From Schmidtea polychroa (lineage: Eukaryota), in contig CM097885.1 in the NCBI GenBank assembly GCA_044892525.1, positions 21,268,001 through 21,332,000 on the forward strand: DNA of 64,000 nucleotides, read 5' to 3'. The translations under genes were made by a program, and so were the position numbers. Below the pieces are notes generated by a model, which saw nothing but the letters and a program-made list of their open reading frames with translations, was not told the origin of the DNA and searched no databases. Shown here piece by piece: positions 1-9,850 of this stretch; the first letter of the stretch is position 1; every line of letters starts with the position of its first letter.

Positions 1-2287
1 AAATGTTTAGCAGCAACTTAGCTGGAGATGATTCTATATCAAAGTTTACTTCAAAAATATTTTTTAAAAATATTATTTCATCACATATTTCAGTTGAAAT
101 TTCTTTTGGATATTTTAAGTGCATATTTTTTGCTCTCGATTTTATTTCCTCATCTGATGAAGTTTGAAAAGTCCAAAGGAATCCAAAAGTCTGGCAAATT
201 TTGCGTAAAGACTCAAAGCGACGTGTCAAGCCTGAAATAACCGAATCAATAAAAAACATTATATAAAAAAACATTAATAAACATTAACTCTATAATGTTC
301 TTCAGCATCAAACTGTGACCTAATATGACGAGTTAATTGAAAATCAGTTGAAATTTTGGAAAGTACGGCAATCTCTTTTGAACTTAAGAGTAATCTGCCC
401 ACTCTCCACGCATTATCTTCATCCTTGCAATAAGATTGTTAACATTTTCCATTTCTACGTCAAGTGTTGCATTGCGTGCTTCAATAATTAAATTAGTTTG
501 TTGCAATAATGTTAATATTTCAAGCCATATTGTTGTCAACACAATGCATTCGAATGTATCCAAATATTGAAAAATTGACTGAAGTTCGGTACGTGCGTGC
601 GGTGGAAGGTTTAGTGACTTACACTCCTCTAAAGCAGCCAGAATATTTGACTGATTATTGTAAATTGGTTTAACAGCATCAATTCGAGCAGACCATCTTG
701 TCTTTGATATTGTGTGAAGTGACACAGCTAAATATTTCTTTAAAATCTCCCACTTTATAGGACTGCTGCTAAAAAAATTATACATCTGTTGAATTCTCCC
801 AAAATATGTAACTGCTTCTTTACATGATTCAGCAGAGTCAACTCCAACAAGATTAAGAGTATGATTTCCACAACTGGAAAAATGCAATTCGGATTACGCT
901 CAAGCAGCACAGCTTGCACACCGTTATACTGTCCTGCCATATTAGCACCATTATCATATGCTTGCCCAAAGCATAAATTAAAATCAAGGCCAAAATTTTC
1001 AAGAATTTCAATAATTCGTGTAGCGATTTCGATTCCTCTTTTTTGTGTAAATTCAAATGTAATAAATCTTTCCTCAATTGAATACGATGCATTATTTATT
1101 ATTTTTACATAACGAATTACAAGACACGTTTGTTTTTGGTGTGAGCAGTCTGGTGTCGCATCCACAATAATAGAAAAATATTTAGAATCAAGAATTTCTT
1201 CAATAATTTTTCTTTGCACAAATTTTCCACAAATCTGAATGAATTCATTTTGAATTCTTGATGATAAATAATGAACTTGAAGACGTTTGTGCTTGTCTTG
1301 TGACTCACGAACACTTTTTACATGTTCGTATAAAACTGGATCATACTTACTGAGCAATTCTATGATACCTAAAAACTTTCCATTCCGCGAATTTCCAATA
1401 TTCTCATTAGAACCAAATAATGCCAAACCACGCTCACTTAGGAAAAATATAACATCCAAAATTCTGTGAAGAACTTTCTGCCAATTACTTGACTCACAGT
1501 TTAGTTGTTTCAGTAGAGATGATCCTAATGACGACTTTAATAATGCAGATCTACTTGCTGATTTCCAATGGACATAATTTTTTTTATGAATAATTGAATT
1601 TTCATGTGCGGGTACGCGATCTTTCAATTTCCTCCATCCTCTTAAAATATCCCATCCTGATTGGCTACCGAGAACTGATGCATCAAATTTCGTATCTTGT
1701 AGGAAGCACGGAAAACAAAATAATGATTTTTTTGAATTGCTCCAGCATAGCCAATCTCTGTTGCAAATTTCTCCATTCGCTAAAACATTCTTCGTCAGAC
1801 GATATGGAAATTTATTGTTTTCAGCATCATTTGGGATGTTTTCAGGTATTTTAAAATGTTCAATTTTCAAAAAATCTTCTATTTGCATTATATTTTTCTT
1901 GTTAAGTAAGGCGACGTCATCGTTGAAAACAGGTATCGAAGTTGTTGCTTCAATTCCTTGAATATTGGGTAGATTAGATGACACGTAATTTTCTTCCATG
2001 TTTGTATCATCAACAATTATCTGTAATGGTGACAAAGAATCTTCTATTTGTTCTGAAGTTATATTTTCAACCACCGAAATTTGAGTATCAACATCAGCAA
2101 TAACATTTGCCATTTGTGAAATAGCATGAGTAGTTTCATTTTCAGGATTGACTGTTTGATGGATAATCTGTGCAGTGATATTTTTTTTATTAAAGAATTT
2201 CGTTAATCGTGGCAGACTTTGTTTGGCTTGTTCTTGTTCTTTTTTCTGTCGTCTCTTGCTTGCGCTACTCGGATATGTTCTTTTCAT
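1..2287 (-). pseudogene. ZMYM1-like hAT transposase, frameshifted
   Basis: 755..2287: RDWLCWSNSKKSLFCFPC (TTF-type Zn finger), YLSSRIQNE, FSIIVDATPD, GQAYDNGANMAG. 384..887 continues in another frame with CGNHTLNL and KTRWSAR. Further disrupted toward position 1. Confidence 0.9.
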
Positions 2288-2829
2288 TATATTCCTAAAA
2301 TTAATTACTTATGAATTAAATAGAACTATTTTTAATATTAACTCCATTTAAACTTACAGATTACAAATATCACTAAACAATAAAAAAATACTAATTTTAT
2401 AATCACTAAAATTTATAGTACGGAACTAAAAGCTATACTCAATAGGAAAATTAAAATTGTACTGAATAGGAAATATAGTTAAATTTTTAATAATTGAAAA
2501 TTAAATATTCTTTTTTATGCAATTGGCCTACTACGTTAAAATTTTTTGAATTTTTCAGAGTTCAACATATTCTTTTTTATGCAATTGGCCTACTACGTAA
2601 AAAAGTTTTATACATACATATAACAATAACTTGAAATTTTTACTATAACTTTTGTATCGTTATATTTTATAAATCTTTGGTTAAAATAAAATAAATTAAT
2701 ACTCAAAATAATATTTCAACTTAATTTTTCCGCACCTACTGTGACCAAATTAGGAAATAAATAGAGGCCCTTTCACAACTCGGGGCCTGAGCCAAATGGC
2801 CCTCATGGCCCACCCTCTGTTATGGCCTG
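1..2829 (-). mobile_element. hAT DNA transposon (ZMYM1/Tip100-like), 3' end runs off the window
   Basis: Transposase ORFs below. A GC-rich subterminal block at 2765-2829 ends in ...CTCTGTTATGGCCTG (rev. comp. CAGGCCATAACAGAGG, hAT-like terminus). Confidence 0.8.
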
Positions 2830-4219
2830 GTCTTACCTAACTATCCATGAGATATCAGCGTGTGGCTAATTTGATTCTATGTAAAGCTATATTTCAGGTT
2901 GAGCGCGATTAGACCGGTTGGAATACATGTATCTGATTATGTATTTGCTAGCGGATGCAAAAATTTGTGGGTGTGAATTTCCAATCGCATGCGTTCGACT
3001 AGTATTATGACCGGATGGTCAATAGTACCAAACATTATCAAAAATCATGATAAGATTGACTCTTACGGTGTTCACATCGCCTAAAAAAATTCGATTCAAC
3101 CACGGGTAATAATTTGTTAAAAGTACAACTTTAACTATTAGAAACTCGTTTTTCCTGGCGAGGTGAGTTTAGTCGTACTGAGATGTGAAAACTCTGCCGT
3201 TTCTCCGGCTCTGATTGATCCTCAGGATGAGTCTAAAGAGGCAAAACTATTTTAGTTTGAATTTCTCAAGTTCGTTGTGACGTGATTTATCAGAAAACGA
3301 TTTTTAGTCTAAATAGCACTGTTTGCCGTATTTACAATTTTTATCGTTATGTGATGACGAGGAATCTTACTGATAAAGTTCGCGAATCCTTGTACCGGAA
3401 TTTCTGCGAGAACGAACTGACGGTAAACGCGATTTTCGACGATCAGAAATGACGACCTGCGAGATTTATGTTCTTGGAATGACACGAGACGAACGATGAT
3501 TCGGCCACCCTAATCATTGCGAAAAACCCACGAGTAACGTTTTCGAAAAATTCATATTCATTTTAGTCCAAAATAATTTTATTTGATCGACTCAAGTCCC
3601 TTTCTCGCTCCTGTGGCGACAGATCAGTGAGGAAACCCCCACAATGATTTTTGGGCGACTAATAATGATTTTGGGTCGCTATTTATACCATTTTTGTGTT
3701 TATGAGAATTAAATTAATATATTTTATAAGTGTACTCAAATGTTATTATTGTAAATTGTGTGATTATAAGAAGTATGATTAGTTATTGTAACAATTGCTA
3801 AAAAATTAATATAAAATTATTATTCATTATTACTGATTATAAGGCATATATTTTTTTCTTAATTACAATTGTTAGAAATTAAATTTTAAAATATGTTTTT
3901 TGGATTACAATTGTTGAAAATTACTTATGTTTTCTCTTGATTATAATTGAATTATTTTCCAGTGGCATTTACAATTTTTTTCGTTGTATCAATTTTAAAC
4001 CATATGCTTTTTTAGACTTATATTTTTTAATTAGTAATAATTAATTAATTCCCAATATATATTTTTATATTTGAATGTACATATACATTAATAAAAACAT
4101 AACCCAAAATAAAATATACATCAAAACATAAAATAAATAAGATACAACGATAAAGTATTAAGCCAATAATCAAGGATAATTGCAATAATTTAAATTAAGT
4201 AAATTATTACACATAATTG

Positions 4220-6237
4220 TCAATATAAATGTTTTGAATTGTTTGAAGGATCTGGCTCATCTGGCTGATTTGATTGTTTAGGCTCCACATATATGTTTAC
4301 TCTAAATTTGTTGCTGCCCGTTCTATAATAGTGGGTTAGCTCAAATTCTTTAATTTTTCTTCCTCTGTCATCCAACACTCCTCCTAGGGCCGATAAAGTA
4401 ATGTCCTCATTACCTTTATCGCTGAGGACCAATTCTATTTCACAGCCGTTTATGTACATTGTTGCCCTCTGAAATCCTTTTTTCAATGCCAATTTCAACA
4501 CATCACCATCAATAATTCGTCTACCGAAGTGTTGGTGTATTTCCTTTTCCGAAATAGTGGATCTTCCGTCTTTAATGATGAAATTTGGCTCTGGTCCTAG
4601 TTCGTCATCTACCTGCATTGCTTCGTTTGATGAGAAATATTCTTCATCCGAGTCCAAATCACATCGTGGATCTGCATAGTTATAACTACTTGATGCCTGA
4701 GGTTCTTCCTTGATTGTGATTGATTGTGGTTTTTTGTCCTCCTTGACGAATATGATATCATCATCGCTGTCCATTAGTTCATCTTCAAAGGTACGTCTGC
4801 TTCCGTCTTTATTGAATTTTAATTCTCTTTGTGAGGGTTCGATATATATATCTTCTTTAAATTCCTCTGGCTTATCGCTGTTTTCTTCTATTGGACTGAG
4901 TTGATGGCCATTATTTTCCTTTTGGAATGCTGTCATGTCCCACTTTATGACTTCTTCCCATTGCTTTTCGACTATGAGGTAAATGACTTTTACGATTAAT
5001 GTTGTATCTTCTGCTAAGAATGGTTCGGGCTTTTTGAGGATGTTGTTGATTGCTTTGTCTTTCTTCCATTTTGGGTGTGCTGCGATTACTTTATATGCGA
5101 GATTTGATAATTTGATTCTGTGTGGTGCTACATTTTTTACAAATGAACACATGAACACATCTTCAGCTAACTCTCTGATTCCCATGACATTGTACAGATC
5201 TAATGTCAGCGTCTTGAGTTTCTTTATTATTTCGTATCCCACAATGATTTTTCCTAGTAGCAGCTTCTGTATATCGATTAGTGCTTGATATTCATCTTCA
5301 TTTCCTCTTATCGAATCTCTGTCTGCTCTTGTCTTTTCTGGGTAATAGTGTTGGATTTTGGTGCGTGGAGTCACCTTTTTATTGTACACAATTTCTCCTC
5401 TAAAATTTCTAATGTATATCTCGACTGGTCTAAGATTGTTGTTGATGTCACATACCTCTTTGGCATCGACGAACATGATTGCTCTTTGTCTTTCGGGGAT
5501 TGACAACTGCTGATGTGTGAATGACATTCGTTTTGAGATGAAATCTTGATGTATTACGATTTCTGACTGTATCATATCTAATTCTCTGAAAGGATTGGGT
5601 ATAGTTGGAACATATAGAATTTCTATCGCCATCACACAGGGTAAGTTGTTCATTTGAATGACCAAATTGTTGAAATCGTTTGGTACGCTTCGATTAGTTT
5701 TCATTTTCTTGATCACCACCGTGCAGTTGCTCGTTGTTATGATTGGAATTCGTTGTTGACATAATGAGACCTCTGTTCTGATCATGTGGAACAGCAGTCT
5801 ATGTGGGACTTTTCTTCCTTCACTTGCTGCTATGTCTGCATTTTCGAACGTATCATAGGTGCCTATTATATCTCTCAGCTTTATTCTTCGGGCTTCATTA
5901 AATTTGAGCAAGTGCATTTCTCTTTCTTCGATTTCGCACTTCATTTCGTTAGATATGCAGACCTGGTTAGGGAAACCTCTGATGGTGATTGGTGAGCCGT
6001 CTGAGGTGATTTTATTTTGTAGATTTTTGTAGAAGCTGTGGTACAGTTTTTGAATGGAGAGCTGTATTGTTGGACTGGACGTTGCATAGGGTTGAATTGT
6101 TTGGGATTGATTCTGATATTGTTGGATTGCATTTTCCTAAAAAGACAATATACATATACATATTTACAGCGCATTTGAGGCTTTACCTTATATGCTTCAA
6201 TATAAATATTAATATATATACTTTTATTATATATCAT
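4220..6237 (-). CDS. ISG20/REXO4-like DEDD-fold protein with degenerate active site, acidic linker and novel C-terminal domain; probably two exons (6237-6187, 6136-4220; ~655 aa)
   Basis: 574-aa ORF with FVDAKEV...GEIVYNKKVTP...LLLGKIIVGYEI...IRELA...KLSNLA...AEDT, colinear with the REXO4/ISG20 pattern. The frame is open back to a ttttag acceptor at 6137. An AAG|GTAAAG donor at 6186 gives a 50-nt phase-0 intron. Confidence 0.7.
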
Positions 6238-6245
6238 TGACCAAT

Positions 6246-6959
6246 TTACATAATTTTTAAAATTTTTAAAGTTATTATACAAGTGTGGACAGTATATTGT
6301 CCAGGGATATATTTGTCCAAGTGAAAATGCCCTGGTGCTTCTTTGACCAGTCGGTGCCGATACCGCTGCCTTTTCCACTTGTACTTTTTATAAACTTGTA
6401 CACTAGTGACAATTGCTAAAATCGCGAATGATAATACACTTGTGGCTATTACGTAAAAGGGCCATTGTGATTTATTTGCTTTCTTTTGAAAAACTTGTAA
6501 TTCATTCCAGTTATTTATAATTATCGGTTTTCCTATCATACTGTCTTGGATTTTTCATTATTAATTTTTTATATATTTGTCTAACCGCTTTAAATGTCGT
6601 TTTCCTATATATATTCGTGGATATTGAATCTACAGTAGTTATGCTGGTTGTTGATATCTTTTTCCCTATTGGTTTTTTTATTCTAGGTCTGATTATTGTA
6701 GTAGTTTATTGTAATATACCGCTGCCTTTTCCACTTGTACTTTTTATAAACTTGTACACTAGTGACAATTGCTAAAATCGCGAATGATAATACACTTGTG
6801 GCTATTACGTAAAAGGGCCATTGTGATTTATTTGCTTTCTTTTGAAAAACTTGTAATTCATTCCAGTTATTTATAATTATCGGTTTTCCTATCATACTGT
6901 CTTGGATTTTTCATTATTAATTTTTTATATATTTGTCTAACCGCTTTAAATGTCGTTTT

Positions 6960-7026
<67 letters not shown>

Positions 7027-7460
7027 GTGGATATTGAATCTACAGTAGTTATGCTGGTTGTTGATATCTTTTTCCCTATTGGTTTTTTTATTCTAGGTCT
7101 GATTATTGTAGTAGTTTTTATTCTTTTGCACCTTATCTGTGATGTGTCAACTAGTGTATTCCATTGTGCACAAAGTGTGTAATTAGTGTTAGGCTGTAGA
7201 TTTATGAATTCAACATTATCTCCTCTTTCAAATTCATTAGTCGATCTATTCTCAATTTTTTTTATAAGTTTGGGTATATTGTCCCTAGTTTCTAGATATA
7301 AGTCTCTTATTGGTGATTTATTTAGGTTATATACTTTAATCTTATACGGTGAAATGTTGATTAAAATATCTTCAGCCATGTATTCTACTGAGTGTATGTT
7401 CTCAGTTTCTACTTCAGTTGATCTACACAACCCTATAATTATTAGAAATGTCACTGCCAT
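6246..7460 (-). pseudogene. Type I membrane protein: signal peptide, fibronectin type III-like domain, Ser/Thr stalk, TM helix, basic tail (frameshifted, partly duplicated)
   Basis: MAVTFLIIIGLCRS signal-like start; FINLQPNTNYTLCAQ FN3 signature; STTSITTVDSIST stalk. WPFYVIATSVLSFAILAIVTSVQVY-KKYKWKRQR lies in an adjacent frame (6683..6895 and 6246..6539). Confidence 0.65.
6361..7116. repeat. Near-perfect ~350-bp tandem duplication; second copy has an expanded (TA)n
   Basis: 6361-6707 matches 6717-7116 (both start taccgctgccttttcc). The short TA run at ~6606 is expanded to ~60 bp at 6963-7023. Confidence 0.95.
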
Positions 7461-7534
7461 TATCAGTGCTTTTTGTGATCGTAATCCATATTTGTGAGGT
7501 GGTTTTTCTACTCACTCTGTTATCATTTTTATAT

Positions 7535-7855
7535 CTATGTCATTATCCTGATTTTTTGGAACTTCTTGCTCATGTTATTTGCAATATCTCTTAAAGGCTC
7601 TGCTGCCTTTCTGTCATCTGAATTTTCGGCTATTTCAGATTTTCGAGGCCTTCCTCTACCTCGTCTCATCGTCTCTGCATCCTGCATATTTGCTTGTTTC
7701 GAGATTTTTTCTATTGTCTCATGTAAGTTATCATATTTAGTATCGATAGGTTTAAAGATTTCATCGCTAACTGTTGGTGATTTCATTGGCCCTCCTGAAG
7801 AAGCATCCCACAACCTAAATAATTTATCATAGTCATTTTCGTCGTTTATACTCAT
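7535..7855 (-). CDS. Small AT-hook protein (106 aa)
   Basis: RRGRGRPRK AT-hook; ATG in a ccaccATG context directly abutting the structured motif. Confidence 0.6.
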   Translation of the reverse strand: MSINDENDYDKLFRLWDASSGGPMKSPTVSDEIFKPIDTKYDNLHETIEKISKQANMQDAETMRRGRGRPRKSEIAENSDDRKAAEPLRDIANNMSKKFQKIRIMT

Positions 7856-8057
7856 GGTGGGTTACTGATGATCAAATGATTAAGTGCTGTTACCAGCGTA
7901 ACCCAAAATACAACGTTAGATTCCGCTTGGTACCCGTTGAGTAATCAACGTTGGTACTGTACCAAGGGGTTGAGTACCCGCGAAAAGTGAGCGCATCGAG
8001 GCACTATAATCGTCGAGCACTCTATGGGTTCACGGACTACCGTTAGGTCCCTTATCA
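7853..8057 (+). ncRNA. Conserved structured motif, copy A
   Basis: Stems TGGGTTAC/GTAACCCA and GCTG-ttac-CAGC; core 7926-7966 CTTGGTAC-C-CGTTGA-gtaa-TCAACG-TTGGTACT-GTACCAAG; then GTGAGC/GTTCAC and GGACT/GGTCC. Confidence 0.65.
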
Positions 8058-8236
8058 AAATTGTTTTCCCAACCTTATGCACAAACTCTCGTTTCTCAGG
8101 CAATCATAAAATTTATCAGACATTATTTTAACGCTACAAAATATGTATTATTTTAACAACAAGCAAAAGAAATATCATTTTAGTACTACCAGGTATATAA
8201 AGCACACTACAGAAATACATAATACGGAATAAAAGT

Positions 8237-8665
8237 TCAACTTGGCCGGTTGGTGGGGCCGGTTAGTCCCGTCGTAGACATTTGCGATGAACCCGCTTGC
8301 CTTTCGTACTCGGCCAGTCTGGCCTTCTTTAATTTTTCACGGATGTTTCGCCCCAGCCGCTTCCTTTTGGGCTTATCTTTCGCGGCCGGAGGGTAAATTG
8401 CTGCCAACTCCACGGTCAACGGCCGGATTTGACTTATTGTGGCTCCATGAACCGCTTGTTCATTGCGTTCGGTTTCTAACTCGCGGAGTTGGAGGACCTG
8501 CGCCAGCTTCTTTTTCATATCCTGGGGACTAAACCAGGTGCTTTCTAGTTCCCGGCACCGTCCCTTGAGTCTGTCCACTCGGACTCGGAGATCCTCGGCC
8601 TGTTTTTGTGCTTCTTCCCTGTCCTTCCGTAGGTTCTCCAATAGTTTGAACACTAAAAGAAACAT
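8237..8665 (-). CDS. Coiled-coil protein with LESTWFSP motif and basic tail (type 1); likely terminal exon starting at 8652
   Basis: Heptad-rich LENLRKDREEAQKQAEDLRVRVDRLKGRCRELESTWFSPQDM; KPKRKRLG tail; tttcttttag acceptor in the same phase as the paralogue at 18267. Confidence 0.65.
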   Translation of the reverse strand: MFLLVFKLLENLRKDREEAQKQAEDLRVRVDRLKGRCRELESTWFSPQDMKKKLAQVLQLRELETERNEQAVHGATISQIRPLTVELAAIYPPAAKDKPKRKRLGRNIREKLKKARLAEYERQAGSSQMSTTGLTGPTNRPS

Positions 8666-9049
8666 TCTTAGATTATGTTATTACATCATGATATTCGCTT
8701 GATAAGATCGATACTGGTTATAAAGACATTTTATCATTATTAAAGACCAACCCATTTTTACGATAATTTATTAAAGAAGAAACTCATTCAAAGTAAAGTT
8801 CATTATCAAATCAAATCTTATTAATTCACTACAGAGGAGATTTGTTCAGAGTAGAGTTCATGTCTATCGCGAGTTAGAATTGAGGACGAGTTAGGCCGGG
8901 TACTTTTTCAATAATGACTAAGGAGATATGGACAACTATATATAACTGAATTATATACGACAAATAACCACATTACTAATAATAACTCAGTGATATATGA
9001 CTACTGATATTAATAGTAACAACAATATTAATGATACTAGTAATGGTAC

Positions 9050-9080
<31 letters not shown>

Positions 9081-9199
9081 GTGATAATAACCATGATATT
9101 ATAATGACCTTATAATTATTATCTATTTGTAATTTATGGCTAAAACTTTTATGCCAAGGGCAAACTATTATAGTTATTTGTATTTTGTATATTTACCGC

Positions 9200-9850
9200 T
9201 AATAGTTAATCATAACCTTTATAATTTATATTTATACCTGGATGGGGATTATTGTATTAATCTTGTAGTTTACATTTATAAGTATTTCATATATAAGTAA
9301 TTACAACTTATAATTTTATCTTCCGCAAGTTACGATTTGATGGTTCATGATGGATAAAAGTGCGTTTTATACTTCCTGATCTTTGATTTTTTCAGTTTTA
9401 TGGCTTTATATTTTACGATTTATAACGTTATTTTCATAATTTATAACTTTGTATTTGGCCAGTTATAACTCTACATTCATGATTTATAAGTTCATAACTT
9501 TCTATTTTATCATTTATGACTTTACATTTACGATTTATAAGTTTATAACTTTATATTTTGCCATTTACAACTTTACATTTGCGATTTATAAGTTTATATT
9601 TTAGGATTTGTAACTTTATATTTTCTAATTTCTAATTTTAGATTTTGTAATTTATAACTCTATATTTTATGACTCATAACTTTATAGTTTATGATTTATA
9701 ACTTTATATTTTATCATTTACAACTTTATACTTCATGGTTTAGAACTTTATATTTTAGGGTTTATAACTTTAAATTTGATAATTTATGATTTTATATTTT
9801 AAGATTTATAACTTTAGATTTTCCAACTTATAACTTTATATTTTATGATT
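9200..9850. repeat. Degenerate 22-bp minisatellite, consensus ATAACTTTATATTTTATGATTT
   Basis: Eight consecutive 22-bp units counted at ~9677-9850; more degenerate units continue upstream. Confidence 0.85.

Noticed and set aside
861..1961. Plus-strand ORFs overlapping transposase/viral genes here and throughout the window
   Set aside because: Antisense shadows of minus-strand genes with no recognisable motifs.
7857..7904. CTGATGA within a three-way junction, suggesting a hammerhead ribozyme
   Set aside because: GAAA is absent (TTAAG) and CTGATGA is not conserved in copies B, C or E.
8026..8050. GTTCAC(A/G)GAC resembles the group I intron R element
   Set aside because: Its partner strand follows within ~7 nt as a simple hairpin; no P3/P8/S element or other group I core is visible.
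9200..9850. Regular repeat as a CRISPR array
   Set aside because: No unique spacers, degenerate AT-rich units, eukaryotic context, no cas genes.
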